From Nanobdellota archaeon (lineage in GTDB: Archaea > Nanobdellota > Nanobdellia > Woesearchaeales > JAHWHD01): a stretch of 28,830 nucleotides of DNA. The stretch lies in NCBI GenBank assembly GCA_034722435.1, contig JAYENX010000025.1, forward strand, positions 1 through 28,830. The letters run 5' to 3'. Shown in pieces: positions 1-7,260 of the stretch. The stretch's first letter is position 1, and each line of letters begins with the position of its first letter. The position numbers were made by a program, and so were the translations under genes. The notes beneath the pieces were generated by a model. It had not been told where the DNA came from. It did not search any database and saw only the letters and a program-made list of their open reading frames with translations.

Positions 1-2
1 GA

Positions 3-548
3 GATAAATATCAAGATACCGAAACAATAAATCCTATGCAAAAATATGCTATGAAAACTGTTTTATATGTATATAATGGTCTTGGCGGATCATTGCCTGA
101 CTGTCTACAAAATGCGAATTTTGGAGATATAGATATCAAGAGAAAAGAGTGTATTTCCAATGAGGATTGTACTTTGTCCGACACTAGATGCATAAATAAC
201 AGATGTGGACAATGTTTTACTGATAATGATTGCGTGGAATGGGGTTGGCATTATACTGATAAAAACGGAAATAAGATTGATTTACTTTATTGTATGAATA
301 ATGAGTGTGTAGAATGTAAAAGCGATTCTAATTGTGGTAATAAAGAAGCATGTTATAATAGGAGATGTATCGAAGCAGAGTGTAAAACTGATGCTGATTG
401 TTCAGGTGATGAACCGTTCTGCGATACTAGCATTGGTTGGTATTATAATTGTGTTGAATGCTTAAAAGATAGCGATTGTTTATCAGACGAAAACTGCAAG
501 AAATATGGATGGTGTACATGCAGTTCTTTAGGTAGTTGTTTTAAGTAA
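3..548 (+). CDS. Cys-rich repeat protein (CxxDxDC-type repeats), probably extracellular, 5'-truncated by the window edge
   Basis: Frame is open from base 3 (DKYQDTETINP) into the track ORF 36..548; repeated CISNEDC / CFTDNDC / CKSDSNC / CKTDADC / CLKDSDC / CVEC units. Confidence 0.75.
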   Translation, partial: DKYQDTETINPMQKYAMKTVLYVYNGLGGSLPDCLQNANFGDIDIKRKECISNEDCTLSDTRCINNRCGQCFTDNDCVEWGWHYTDKNGNKIDLLYCMNNECVECKSDSNCGNKEACYNRRCIEAECKTDADCSGDEPFCDTSIGWYYNCVECLKDSDCLSDENCKKYGWCTCSSLGSCFK

Positions 549-549
549 A

Positions 550-771
550 TTAAAAAAACTTTCGTAATGTAGGCCAATACAAATAAATCCCTATACCTAT
601 CAGTGCAGCCAGACCAACAGAAATTGAATAGCCAAATATATTTAACAATTCGCTTTGAAAAGCGTCTTTCAATGTTGTCCAAAATAGTATAACTGCAATG
701 ACTACAAGAATAATTGCAATATTATTATATCTTAAATAGAGTTGTCTTATCTTATTTTTCATAGTTATCAC
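550..771 (-). CDS. Small two-TM membrane protein, integrase-linked
   Basis: 73-aa ORF with two hydrophobic stretches; GTG start overlaps the upstream TGA (GTGA at 768-771); alternative ATG at 762. Confidence 0.65.
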   Translation of the reverse strand: MITMKNKIRQLYLRYNNIAIILVVIAVILFWTTLKDAFQSELLNIFGYSISVGLAALIGIGIYLYWPTLRKFF

Positions 772-1040
772 CCAGTCAGTATGCCCCCAATATAACCTAA
801 TAAAATCATGAGTAGGCTATTGAACCAATACCCTACCTGCTCAATCCTTTTTTCTGAAAGTTTCCATCTATCTTGAAAAATTACAAAAAGAATCCATAGA
901 ACAAAAATCGCCAATAACAAAATAAAATAAACGATTATGAATGAAATTTTCAGTTTCTCTGGAATAGGAATGATAGGAGTATTTACCATTTGCTTTAAAT
1001 AAGTAAGCGTCTTTATATATCTTACGTCTTTCTTTGACAC
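768..1040 (-). CDS. Small two-TM membrane protein, integrase-linked
   Basis: 90-aa ORF with hydrophobic stretches SFIIVYFILLLAIFVLWILFVIF and WFNSLLMILLGYIGGIL; start uncertain. Confidence 0.65.
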   Translation of the reverse strand: MSKKDVRYIKTLTYLKQMVNTPIIPIPEKLKISFIIVYFILLLAIFVLWILFVIFQDRWKLSEKRIEQVGYWFNSLLMILLGYIGGILTG

Positions 1041-1082
1041 TACATTTTCTTAATTTAAGCCTTTCCGCCATCAATAATCCGT

Positions 1083-2333
1083 TCACTTTTCAACTTGTTT
1101 ATCCTTAAACTCCTCAAAAGCCTTCATCATATCTGGATTCTTAGCCATTTTCATCATAAACTGAACAGTTTTATTAATCTCCGAATTAATTAGCTCTTTA
1201 TCCTGAATTATTGTTTCAACTTTTAATGGCTTACAACACTTGAAGCAATATCTTTCATTAGGATTGTTTAATGCTCCACAAATACATTTAATTACTTGAT
1301 TTATTTTTTCTTCTTTTGGTTTTACGCCATTTATAGCTAAGATTACACTTTCAAGTTGCTTAACAGAGAGGTGGCAATACGTTTTTATTTGTCTACTGCC
1401 TAAAACCCATCCCATACATTTACAGAGTATAGCTTCTGTTAATTTAGGGGCTAAAATGGTGGCTCGACTATGTCTGAACCAATGTAAGTTATGTTTCTTT
1501 TTAATTGCAGATCTTTCAAAACATCTATCTACCAATTTTTGTGCTCCTTTATGTAGTAAAGGCTCGTTGGTATTATGTTGTGCCACACTTAACCATAAAT
1601 AACTTAGGTTATTGTTTTTGTAAGGATGAACTTCTAAATATCTTAACAAATAAGGCAAAGATTTAACTAGAAAAATTGTTCTTTTGCCAGTCTTACCATC
1701 TACTGTTATTTCTGCATGGTTTTCTTTAATTTTAATATCTCCAATAGCAATATTAAGAAATTCTCCTGCACGACACCCAGTTTCATGTAACATACTAATA
1801 AAAGCTTTTTCTCTGAATGTTCTGCTACCTTTGCTAACTGCAATATCAGAATCGTCATCTGTAATAATTGTTTTGGGGTCTGCTTGATTACGTCTATAGG
1901 CAATACTAACTTCTTTTTCTAAAAATTTATAGAACTTTTTTCTATTATGTCTAATTTCCTTACTATCATCTTCAAGATTTGCGTCCTCATCTTTGTACCA
2001 CTTAAAGAACTGCTTTATTGTTCTCCTATAATCAGATTTTGTTGCCAGTGAATACCTGGAATCTTTGTTGTATATCGCAATTACTTCCATAATCTCTTTC
2101 TTACCAACTTCATCTAAATTCACATGAAGTTTTGCACATATGCGCCTCAATTGACTGGAGAGTTTAGATACTCGTAAAATGCCTGATCCTGTTGAGAAAA
2201 GGTAGTCGTGGAACTTTGTTATGAGTTCTTTATTTCTGAGGCTTATATCTGCTTTCTCGAGCAATTTCAATTCTTTCTCAAAACTCTTTTCCCTGTTGGG
2301 ATATATATTCAAACATTGTTCAGTCATTTTCAT
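1083..2333 (-). CDS. Tyrosine recombinase/integrase with C-terminal zinc ribbon
   Basis: Catalytic set R (ETGCRAGE), K (DGKTG), HxxR (HWFRHSRAT), W (MGW), Y (KTYCHL); C-terminal CICG...CFKC; intact and not split. Confidence 0.93.
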   Translation of the reverse strand: MKMTEQCLNIYPNREKSFEKELKLLEKADISLRNKELITKFHDYLFSTGSGILRVSKLSSQLRRICAKLHVNLDEVGKKEIMEVIAIYNKDSRYSLATKSDYRRTIKQFFKWYKDEDANLEDDSKEIRHNRKKFYKFLEKEVSIAYRRNQADPKTIITDDDSDIAVSKGSRTFREKAFISMLHETGCRAGEFLNIAIGDIKIKENHAEITVDGKTGKRTIFLVKSLPYLLRYLEVHPYKNNNLSYLWLSVAQHNTNEPLLHKGAQKLVDRCFERSAIKKKHNLHWFRHSRATILAPKLTEAILCKCMGWVLGSRQIKTYCHLSVKQLESVILAINGVKPKEEKINQVIKCICGALNNPNERYCFKCCKPLKVETIIQDKELINSEINKTVQFMMKMAKNPDMMKAFEEFKDKQVEK

Positions 2334-2353
2334 GTTTTGTAAGAAAGAGCGGA

Positions 2354-2361
2354 TATTTAAA
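2354..2361 (-). promoter_or_regulatory. Archaeal TATA box of the integrase (likely leaderless mRNA)
   Basis: TTTAAATA on the minus strand, 21-28 nt upstream of the ATG at 2333. Confidence 0.55.
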
Positions 2362-2366
2362 CGGGA

Positions 2367-2400
2367 TAATATGGAGCAATCCTTTCCATATTAAATATGG
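2367..2400. repeat. Inverted-repeat cluster (three AATATGG sites) between tRNA-Ser and the integrase
   Basis: TAATATGGA(2367-2375)-N9-TCCATATTA(2385-2393) is a perfect 9-bp inverted repeat; it overlaps CCATATT-A-AATATGG (2386-2400). Confidence 0.7.
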
Positions 2401-2425
2401 TAGGTTTTACTCCATCATGTCCCAA

Positions 2426-2553
2426 CGCCAACGCCCGGACTTTCAAACCCAAGGTTTGAACCTTTTGGCTTTTGAACCGGGATATCCGTGAGGAAACTGG
2501 CTGACTTGGATGACTCTCAAGGCCAGCGCAATACCGAGTTATGCGACGTTGGC
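2426..2553 (-). tRNA. tRNA-Ser(UGA) with two introns
   Basis: Acceptor GCCAACG/CGTTGGC, G73, long variable arm; 13-nt 37/38 intron 2503-2515 (BHB helix CTTG/CAAG); 31-nt T-loop 59/60 intron 2440-2470 (helix TTCA/TGAA); no encoded CCA. Confidence 0.92.
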
Positions 2554-2578
2554 ATATGTTTAGAATCTAACTGATTAC

Positions 2579-2586
2579 TTTATAAA
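2579..2586 (-). promoter_or_regulatory. TATA box for tRNA-Ser
   Basis: TTTATAAA 26-33 nt upstream of the tRNA 5' end. Confidence 0.5.
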
Positions 2587-2629
2587 TTTAACTGAAATCC
2601 TTATAAATAAACATTATTTATAAGCTCTA

Positions 2630-2926
2630 ATGGACTTTATGCACATTAACGAAATTGTAGATTCTAAACGAGACGAACTAGACCCGTTTATGACTCGGCA
2701 TAACCTTTCTTTGCAAGAGATGAAACTTCTTGCTAGAGAGCTTACAAAAACTTTCTTGCTTATGAACGAATACAGAGTTTCTCCTAGACCAACAGATTTC
2801 GGGTTACTATCTGATCATAATTTTATATTACCTACAGACCTTCCTGGTTATGTCAAAATTACAAAAAAAGGCTACAATTTTTACAAAGTACACTTTTCAT
2901 CAGAACTAAAACATTACGTCAACTAA
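2630..2926 (+). CDS. Hypothetical protein (98 aa)
   Basis: ORF with an upstream TTATAAATA element; no recognised motif. Confidence 0.65.
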   Translation: MDFMHINEIVDSKRDELDPFMTRHNLSLQEMKLLARELTKTFLLMNEYRVSPRPTDFGLLSDHNFILPTDLPGYVKITKKGYNFYKVHFSSELKHYVN

Positions 2927-4412
2927 TCTTTATTCCATCTAATTCTTTCCATATATCCATGGCATACTTAATCTTATCTTTCGATCGCGAATAAACTGTG
3001 AACAACTTTTCTCCTACTCTAACTTCCTCACCAACATGTTTATACAAGTACATCCCAGCCTCTTTATCTTTTGGCGCTCCTGCAAACCTTGCAACTTTAG
3101 ATAACGCCTTATTATCTATATGCTTGATCTTTCCATTCTTTTTCGAGAACACATCCACTGTATATTTTCCTAGTGCAATTTTTTCGGGTCTAATCTCTTT
3201 CCCGCCTTGAGCTTTCACTATCTGGATAAACTTTTTATACGCTTTACCGGATTCAACAAGTTCAAGCGCTTTCTTTGCACCCTGACCTTTCTTAGATTTA
3301 TTAGCCATCTCTAACATGTACCCCGCCATCTCAACAGCCTTTTTCTTTAAATCTAGAGGAGCTTTCTTATCATTCTTAAGCACCCATAAAACATCTCGAG
3401 CTTCTAAAGCTGGACCTATACCGTGACCTATTGGTTGTGATCCATCAGTTATCACGCACTTAACATCCATACCCATCTTTTTTCCAATCTTCTTAAACAT
3501 ATGACTTAGATTTATAGCATTACGCATTTTATCTATCTTTGCACCTTTTCCAACTGGAATATCGATAAGAACATCTGTAGCACTAACACTACCTTTTTTA
3601 GCAAGTATAGACGATATTAATTGTCCTTCCGCATCAATTGATACTGGATGTTCAACTTCAATAATCTTATCATCTGCCGGTGCAAGGTTTATAGCTCCAC
3701 CCCATACCATGCAAGCCCCAACCTTGTTAACTATTCTTTTAACTTGTTTTATATTAAGATCAACCTTTGCAATAACTTCCATAGTATCCGCAGTTCCTGC
3801 TGGTGAAGTAATTGCTCGTGAAGATGTTTTAGGTATTATAACTCCTGCTGCCGCCACAATAGGTACTACTAACATGGTAGTTCTATTCCCTGCAACCCCT
3901 CCTATACAATGCTTATCAAAAACTCTTTTATGTTTTAATTTTAACTTGTCACCTGTATTAATCATGGCCTTTGTAAGGTCAACTACCTCTCTGGTACTAA
4001 GCCCGTGCATGTACGATGCAGCTACAAAATAAGTTATTTCAATATCTGTAAGTTTATCTAGCGTAATATCTTTCACAATTTCATACAATTCTTCCGCACT
4101 AAGAGAATTATTATCCATCTTTTTCTTTATGAACTGTACGGATTTAGGTTTCTCTTCGAGGAACACTTCCATTGTATGTTTATCTTTTACATGTAAAGAA
4201 CTAAGAACTTCTTCGAACACTCCTGCAGTCCCTTTAGGTACAGCTTTCGTACTCTCTCCTATATCGACAATAGCTGTAGTTTCGTATCTACCATTTTTCA
4301 CCTTCACTCTATCTCCATGATGAAGATCCATGAAAGCAGCGTCATGCGAATTTAACAGAATTATTTTTATACCGCCTGTGGCGATGTCCATGTCTTTGAC
4401 CTTGAATTTCAT
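2919..4412 (-). CDS. deoA: AMP phosphorylase (thymidine/pyrimidine-nucleoside phosphorylase family, archaeal type)
   Basis: DKHCIGGVAGN, KTSSRAITSPAGTAD and DGSQPIGHGIGPALEARD motifs; N-terminal beta-barrel extension typical of archaeal AMP phosphorylases; SD GAGG. Confidence 0.92.
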   Translation of the reverse strand: MKFKVKDMDIATGGIKIILLNSHDAAFMDLHHGDRVKVKNGRYETTAIVDIGESTKAVPKGTAGVFEEVLSSLHVKDKHTMEVFLEEKPKSVQFIKKKMDNNSLSAEELYEIVKDITLDKLTDIEITYFVAASYMHGLSTREVVDLTKAMINTGDKLKLKHKRVFDKHCIGGVAGNRTTMLVVPIVAAAGVIIPKTSSRAITSPAGTADTMEVIAKVDLNIKQVKRIVNKVGACMVWGGAINLAPADDKIIEVEHPVSIDAEGQLISSILAKKGSVSATDVLIDIPVGKGAKIDKMRNAINLSHMFKKIGKKMGMDVKCVITDGSQPIGHGIGPALEARDVLWVLKNDKKAPLDLKKKAVEMAGYMLEMANKSKKGQGAKKALELVESGKAYKKFIQIVKAQGGKEIRPEKIALGKYTVDVFSKKNGKIKHIDNKALSKVARFAGAPKDKEAGMYLYKHVGEEVRVGEKLFTVYSRSKDKIKYAMDIWKELDGIKIS

Positions 4413-4431
4413 TGTAATAACCTCTTTTTAT

Positions 4432-5502
4432 TTACTCTGTTTCTCCGCTATACATCTTTAGTAATGTGACAAATAACGCCAAGACTATCGGCCCTATTAT
4501 TATACCTGTGATGCCCATTACTGCAATACCTCCTAGCACTCCTAATAATACTAGCACAGGATGTACTTTTGCTTTATCCCCAATAACTTTCGGCCTTACA
4601 AAATTATCTATTAAACTGATTACAAGGGCACCATATATAAGTAGACCAACTCCTTTTCCTATCACGTTTCCGCTACTATCGAGGTATCCTGATACAATAA
4701 AATAAAGACCCATTGGTACCCATATAATAGAAGTACCCACTATTGGAATTAAAGCAACAAACGCTGTTAGAACGCCCCATAAAACTGGTGACGTCACACC
4801 AAATAAAAAATATCCTATGCCTGCTACACATCCTTGAATAAGGGCGGTAATTAGTGTTCCGAATATAGTTGCACTTAATGTTTCATTAAACTTTAAGAAA
4901 ATCCTTTTTTTATGTTTCCGTTTTAGAGGTATTAACTTTTTAAATTTCTCCATTAACTCTTTCCCATCTCTGAAAAGAAAGAACAGTATGAAAAATGTAA
5001 GAAATATATTGAGCGCAATTTTTGGTATCGACATTACAACTTTAGTACCTAAATCAACCGAGTACTGTTGCAACCTCTCAAGTCCTCTTTGAACATAATA
5101 CTGATTTTTTGGTTCAGCCAAGCTACTTTTTACCCAGTTGGCAACATTACAGAAAACATTTGTAGTATCGGTACACCTACCATCAATCCCCCCTGCAACT
5201 AATTTTTGTTTAGTTAATAAATATGTTACAAATACTTCTTGAGTTGTAGTTTTAGCAATGTAATAAGTTGGTATACTCAACAAAACTATGATACCTATTG
5301 CCATTATTAAAGAAGCCAAATTTTTATTTTTCACTACTTTATTTAATTGCTTGTAAACAGGATAAAACATGTACGCGATAATCATGCTGATAAGTATAGG
5401 AGTCATGAAAGGCCGTATAAGGATGTAAGAAATGTACGTTATAACAACAAATAATACAATTAGAATTAGAGTTTTATAATCTTTTAAATTTATTTTTACC
5501 AT
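4432..5502 (-). CDS. AI-2E family (PerM/UPF0118) transporter
   Basis: Multi-TM 356 aa; IDNFVRPKVIG, HPVLVLLGVLGG and GIIIGP motifs. Confidence 0.9.
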   Translation of the reverse strand: MVKINLKDYKTLILIVLFVVITYISYILIRPFMTPILISMIIAYMFYPVYKQLNKVVKNKNLASLIMAIGIIVLLSIPTYYIAKTTTQEVFVTYLLTKQKLVAGGIDGRCTDTTNVFCNVANWVKSSLAEPKNQYYVQRGLERLQQYSVDLGTKVVMSIPKIALNIFLTFFILFFLFRDGKELMEKFKKLIPLKRKHKKRIFLKFNETLSATIFGTLITALIQGCVAGIGYFLFGVTSPVLWGVLTAFVALIPIVGTSIIWVPMGLYFIVSGYLDSSGNVIGKGVGLLIYGALVISLIDNFVRPKVIGDKAKVHPVLVLLGVLGGIAVMGITGIIIGPIVLALFVTLLKMYSGETE

Positions 5503-5536
5503 TCTTTCCTCTTTTTTTAAATAGTTAATAATTAAA

Positions 5537-5626
5537 TGGGTCTGGCCGGATTTGAACCGGCGATTCTCACCAAGTCAAGGTGATGTCATTTCCCGCGCTA
5601 GGCGTACCGGGCTAGACCACAGACCC
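5537..5626 (-). tRNA. tRNA-Val(GAC) with D-loop intron
   Basis: Acceptor GGGTCTG/CAGACCC; anticodon arm TCACC-TTGACTT-GGTGA; 16-nt intron 5590-5605 in BHB CCCG-GT^A...CGGG-AA^A, whose removal restores GGTCTAGCCCGGTATGAC. Confidence 0.92.
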
Positions 5627-5627
5627 T

Positions 5628-5918
5628 TTAGCTAGCATTAGTGATAATTACATGACCATGCGGGTCGTGTTCAACTTTAATTTTAGTAAGATCATTTAAC
5701 AAGATGTCTGCACCTCTTGGTAAGAAGTTAACATCAAAACCTTTCATGATAACTCTATGAATATTTTCGTACTCAAGTGTTTCTCTGGGAACTTCATCAG
5801 TCATATGAGGATTATTTATTGCAAAGAATTTTATCTCAACATTATAAGGCAATTCCTTATCCAGATGTTCTTTATCCTTTTTCCTATCCACAATTACACT
5901 TTTGGTTTCATATTCCAT
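5628..5918 (-). CDS. Hypothetical protein (~96 aa)
   Basis: Track ORF 5628..5930; GGTGG SD favours the ATG at 5918 (MEYETK); TATA upstream near 5948-5958. Confidence 0.75.
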   Translation of the reverse strand: MEYETKSVIVDRKKDKEHLDKELPYNVEIKFFAINNPHMTDEVPRETLEYENIHRVIMKGFDVNFLPRGADILLNDLTKIKVEHDPHGHVIITNAS

Positions 5919-5982
5919 TGTTCCACCCATACAGAATAAGTTTTCATTTATATATAAAAGTTTCCTTTATAGAGAATATATA

Positions 5983-6067
5983 AGCCTCCGGCGAGAGTTG
6001 CACTCGCGACCTCTGCCTCTTTGGAATATTTACCAAGGCAGCGCAATGGCTACTATGCTACGGAGGC
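5983..6067 (-). tRNA. tRNA-Thr(GGU) with canonical intron
   Basis: Acceptor GCCTCCG/CGGAGGC, U73; 12-nt 37/38 intron 6019-6030 (helix TTGG/CCAA); atypical T-loop TGCAACT. Confidence 0.88.
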
Positions 6068-6119
6068 ATAGAATAACTTCAGAATAAAATCAATAATTTA
6101 TAAATATTACGAAAAAGCG

Positions 6120-6806
6120 TTACCTTCGCCAAACTTTGTTTGGACCGCTACGTGGTTTAAAAGGTATCGGTGCTCTGTTATAATTATTTCTATTATAACC
6201 TCGCATGGAATTCATACGTTTTCTAGATCTTTCATTATGTGCCGCCTTTTTTCTAATAAATTCAGCATCTTTACCACGAACATATTTAAGTCTAGAACTT
6301 TTTACTTTATATTTTTTAAATAATGCAGTTATACACTCTCTGTACTCATTATTCCTCATAGAACCATGTTCAATAGAACCATCTACACCTTTATCAGTTA
6401 AAGTTACTTTATTTCTAAATCCTCCATATTCGATATTGAGAACATATTGTACAAGAGTACCTCTGTTGTTGAAATTAGGATGTGGACTCACGTCTTTACA
6501 CTTCTGTGACCAAAATTCAATACCTAATTTTTTTAGATTATAAGTTACATTTTTACCTTTATGTGACGTTTTTAATACATAATTATTATACTTTGATATA
6601 AGATGAAACCCTGGAGTACCTTTAAGACCTTGTTCAGATACTTTTCTAGGTGAAGCATTTGATTCGATTATATCTACAATCTTTTGAAAATCAGAACCTC
6701 TTGCCTGAGCAGGTTGTGCGAATGTTAACATACCTAGAGAAAGACCAGCTGCTAAAACTGCTGATTTTGCGATTTTTGAATTTTTTATAATTGAAAATAA
6801 GCTCAT
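6120..6806 (-). CDS. Putative secreted, highly basic hypothetical protein
   Basis: SD AGGTGGT before the ATG at 6806; signal peptide ending ...FAQPAQA; Arg/Asn-rich C-terminal tail. Confidence 0.75.
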   Translation of the reverse strand: MSLFSIIKNSKIAKSAVLAAGLSLGMLTFAQPAQARGSDFQKIVDIIESNASPRKVSEQGLKGTPGFHLISKYNNYVLKTSHKGKNVTYNLKKLGIEFWSQKCKDVSPHPNFNNRGTLVQYVLNIEYGGFRNKVTLTDKGVDGSIEHGSMRNNEYRECITALFKKYKVKSSRLKYVRGKDAEFIRKKAAHNERSRKRMNSMRGYNRNNYNRAPIPFKPRSGPNKVWRR

Positions 6807-6892
6807 TTTTACTACCACCTGTACCCTAATAGGTGAAGGAACTATTTAAAGCTTACGGATATAGAGTTTAGTAAATTTTTTTAATATTAGAA

Positions 6893-6992
6893 TGCGGGAG
6901 ACGGGGTTTGAACCCGCGCAGCCACTAAGGCACTAGGCTTTTGCGAAAAACTCTCCTCAACCTAGCTCGTTTGACCACTCCGACACCCCCGC
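6893..6992 (-). tRNA. tRNA-Leu(GAG) with canonical intron
   Basis: Acceptor GCGGGGG/CTCCCGC, A73, long variable arm; 16-nt 37/38 intron 6939-6954 (relaxed helix TTGA/GCAA). Confidence 0.9.
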
Positions 6993-7056
6993 GTTAATTA
7001 TGTCTATCGTTTTAGAATTTATTTACAATTTATAAATTTAATGTTAAAAAAAGAAA

Positions 7057-7218
7057 TGCGGGGAAGGGGACTTTCGAAGCTCCGCTTCTCGGTTATTGCC
7101 GTAAGCGTCAACTATTCGAACCCCCGAACCCACTAAGAGACAGGATATCTCAGTTTATAGACTGAGTGTCTTTTGGCGCTTAAGTCCTGCGCATTTGACC
7201 AGACTTTGCTATCCCCGC
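7057..7218 (-). tRNA. tRNA-Leu(UAA) with two introns
   Basis: Acceptor GCGGGGA/TCCCCGC; 32-nt 37/38 intron 7147-7178 (helix CTTA/TGAG); 44-nt T-loop 59/60 intron 7071-7114 (helix TTCG/CGAA). Confidence 0.9.
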
Positions 7219-7260
7219 GTAATATTCAGAATTAAATAAACTATTTAAAAATCTTTTGCT

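Larger units (their letters stand above)
1..2425. mobile_element. Putative tRNA-Ser-integrated element (right end only; extends past the window start)
   Basis: Integrase begins 92 bp downstream of the tRNA-Ser 3' end on the same strand; accessory-type cargo; the second att copy is not in the window, so the extent is unknown. Confidence 0.6.

Noticed and set aside
868-1086. 72-aa ORF overlapping the integrase stop
   Set aside because: It overlaps the more plausible two-TM ORF 768..1040 in another frame and has no motif.
1-2425. Second att copy of the tRNA-Ser 3' end
   Set aside because: No repeat of TCCGGGCGTTGGC was found by eye in the window, so the element boundary cannot be called.
7071-7178. 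C/D-box guide RNA inside the longer Leu(UAA) introns
   Set aside because: No RUGAUGA C box; a lone CUGA is insufficient and the introns are short.
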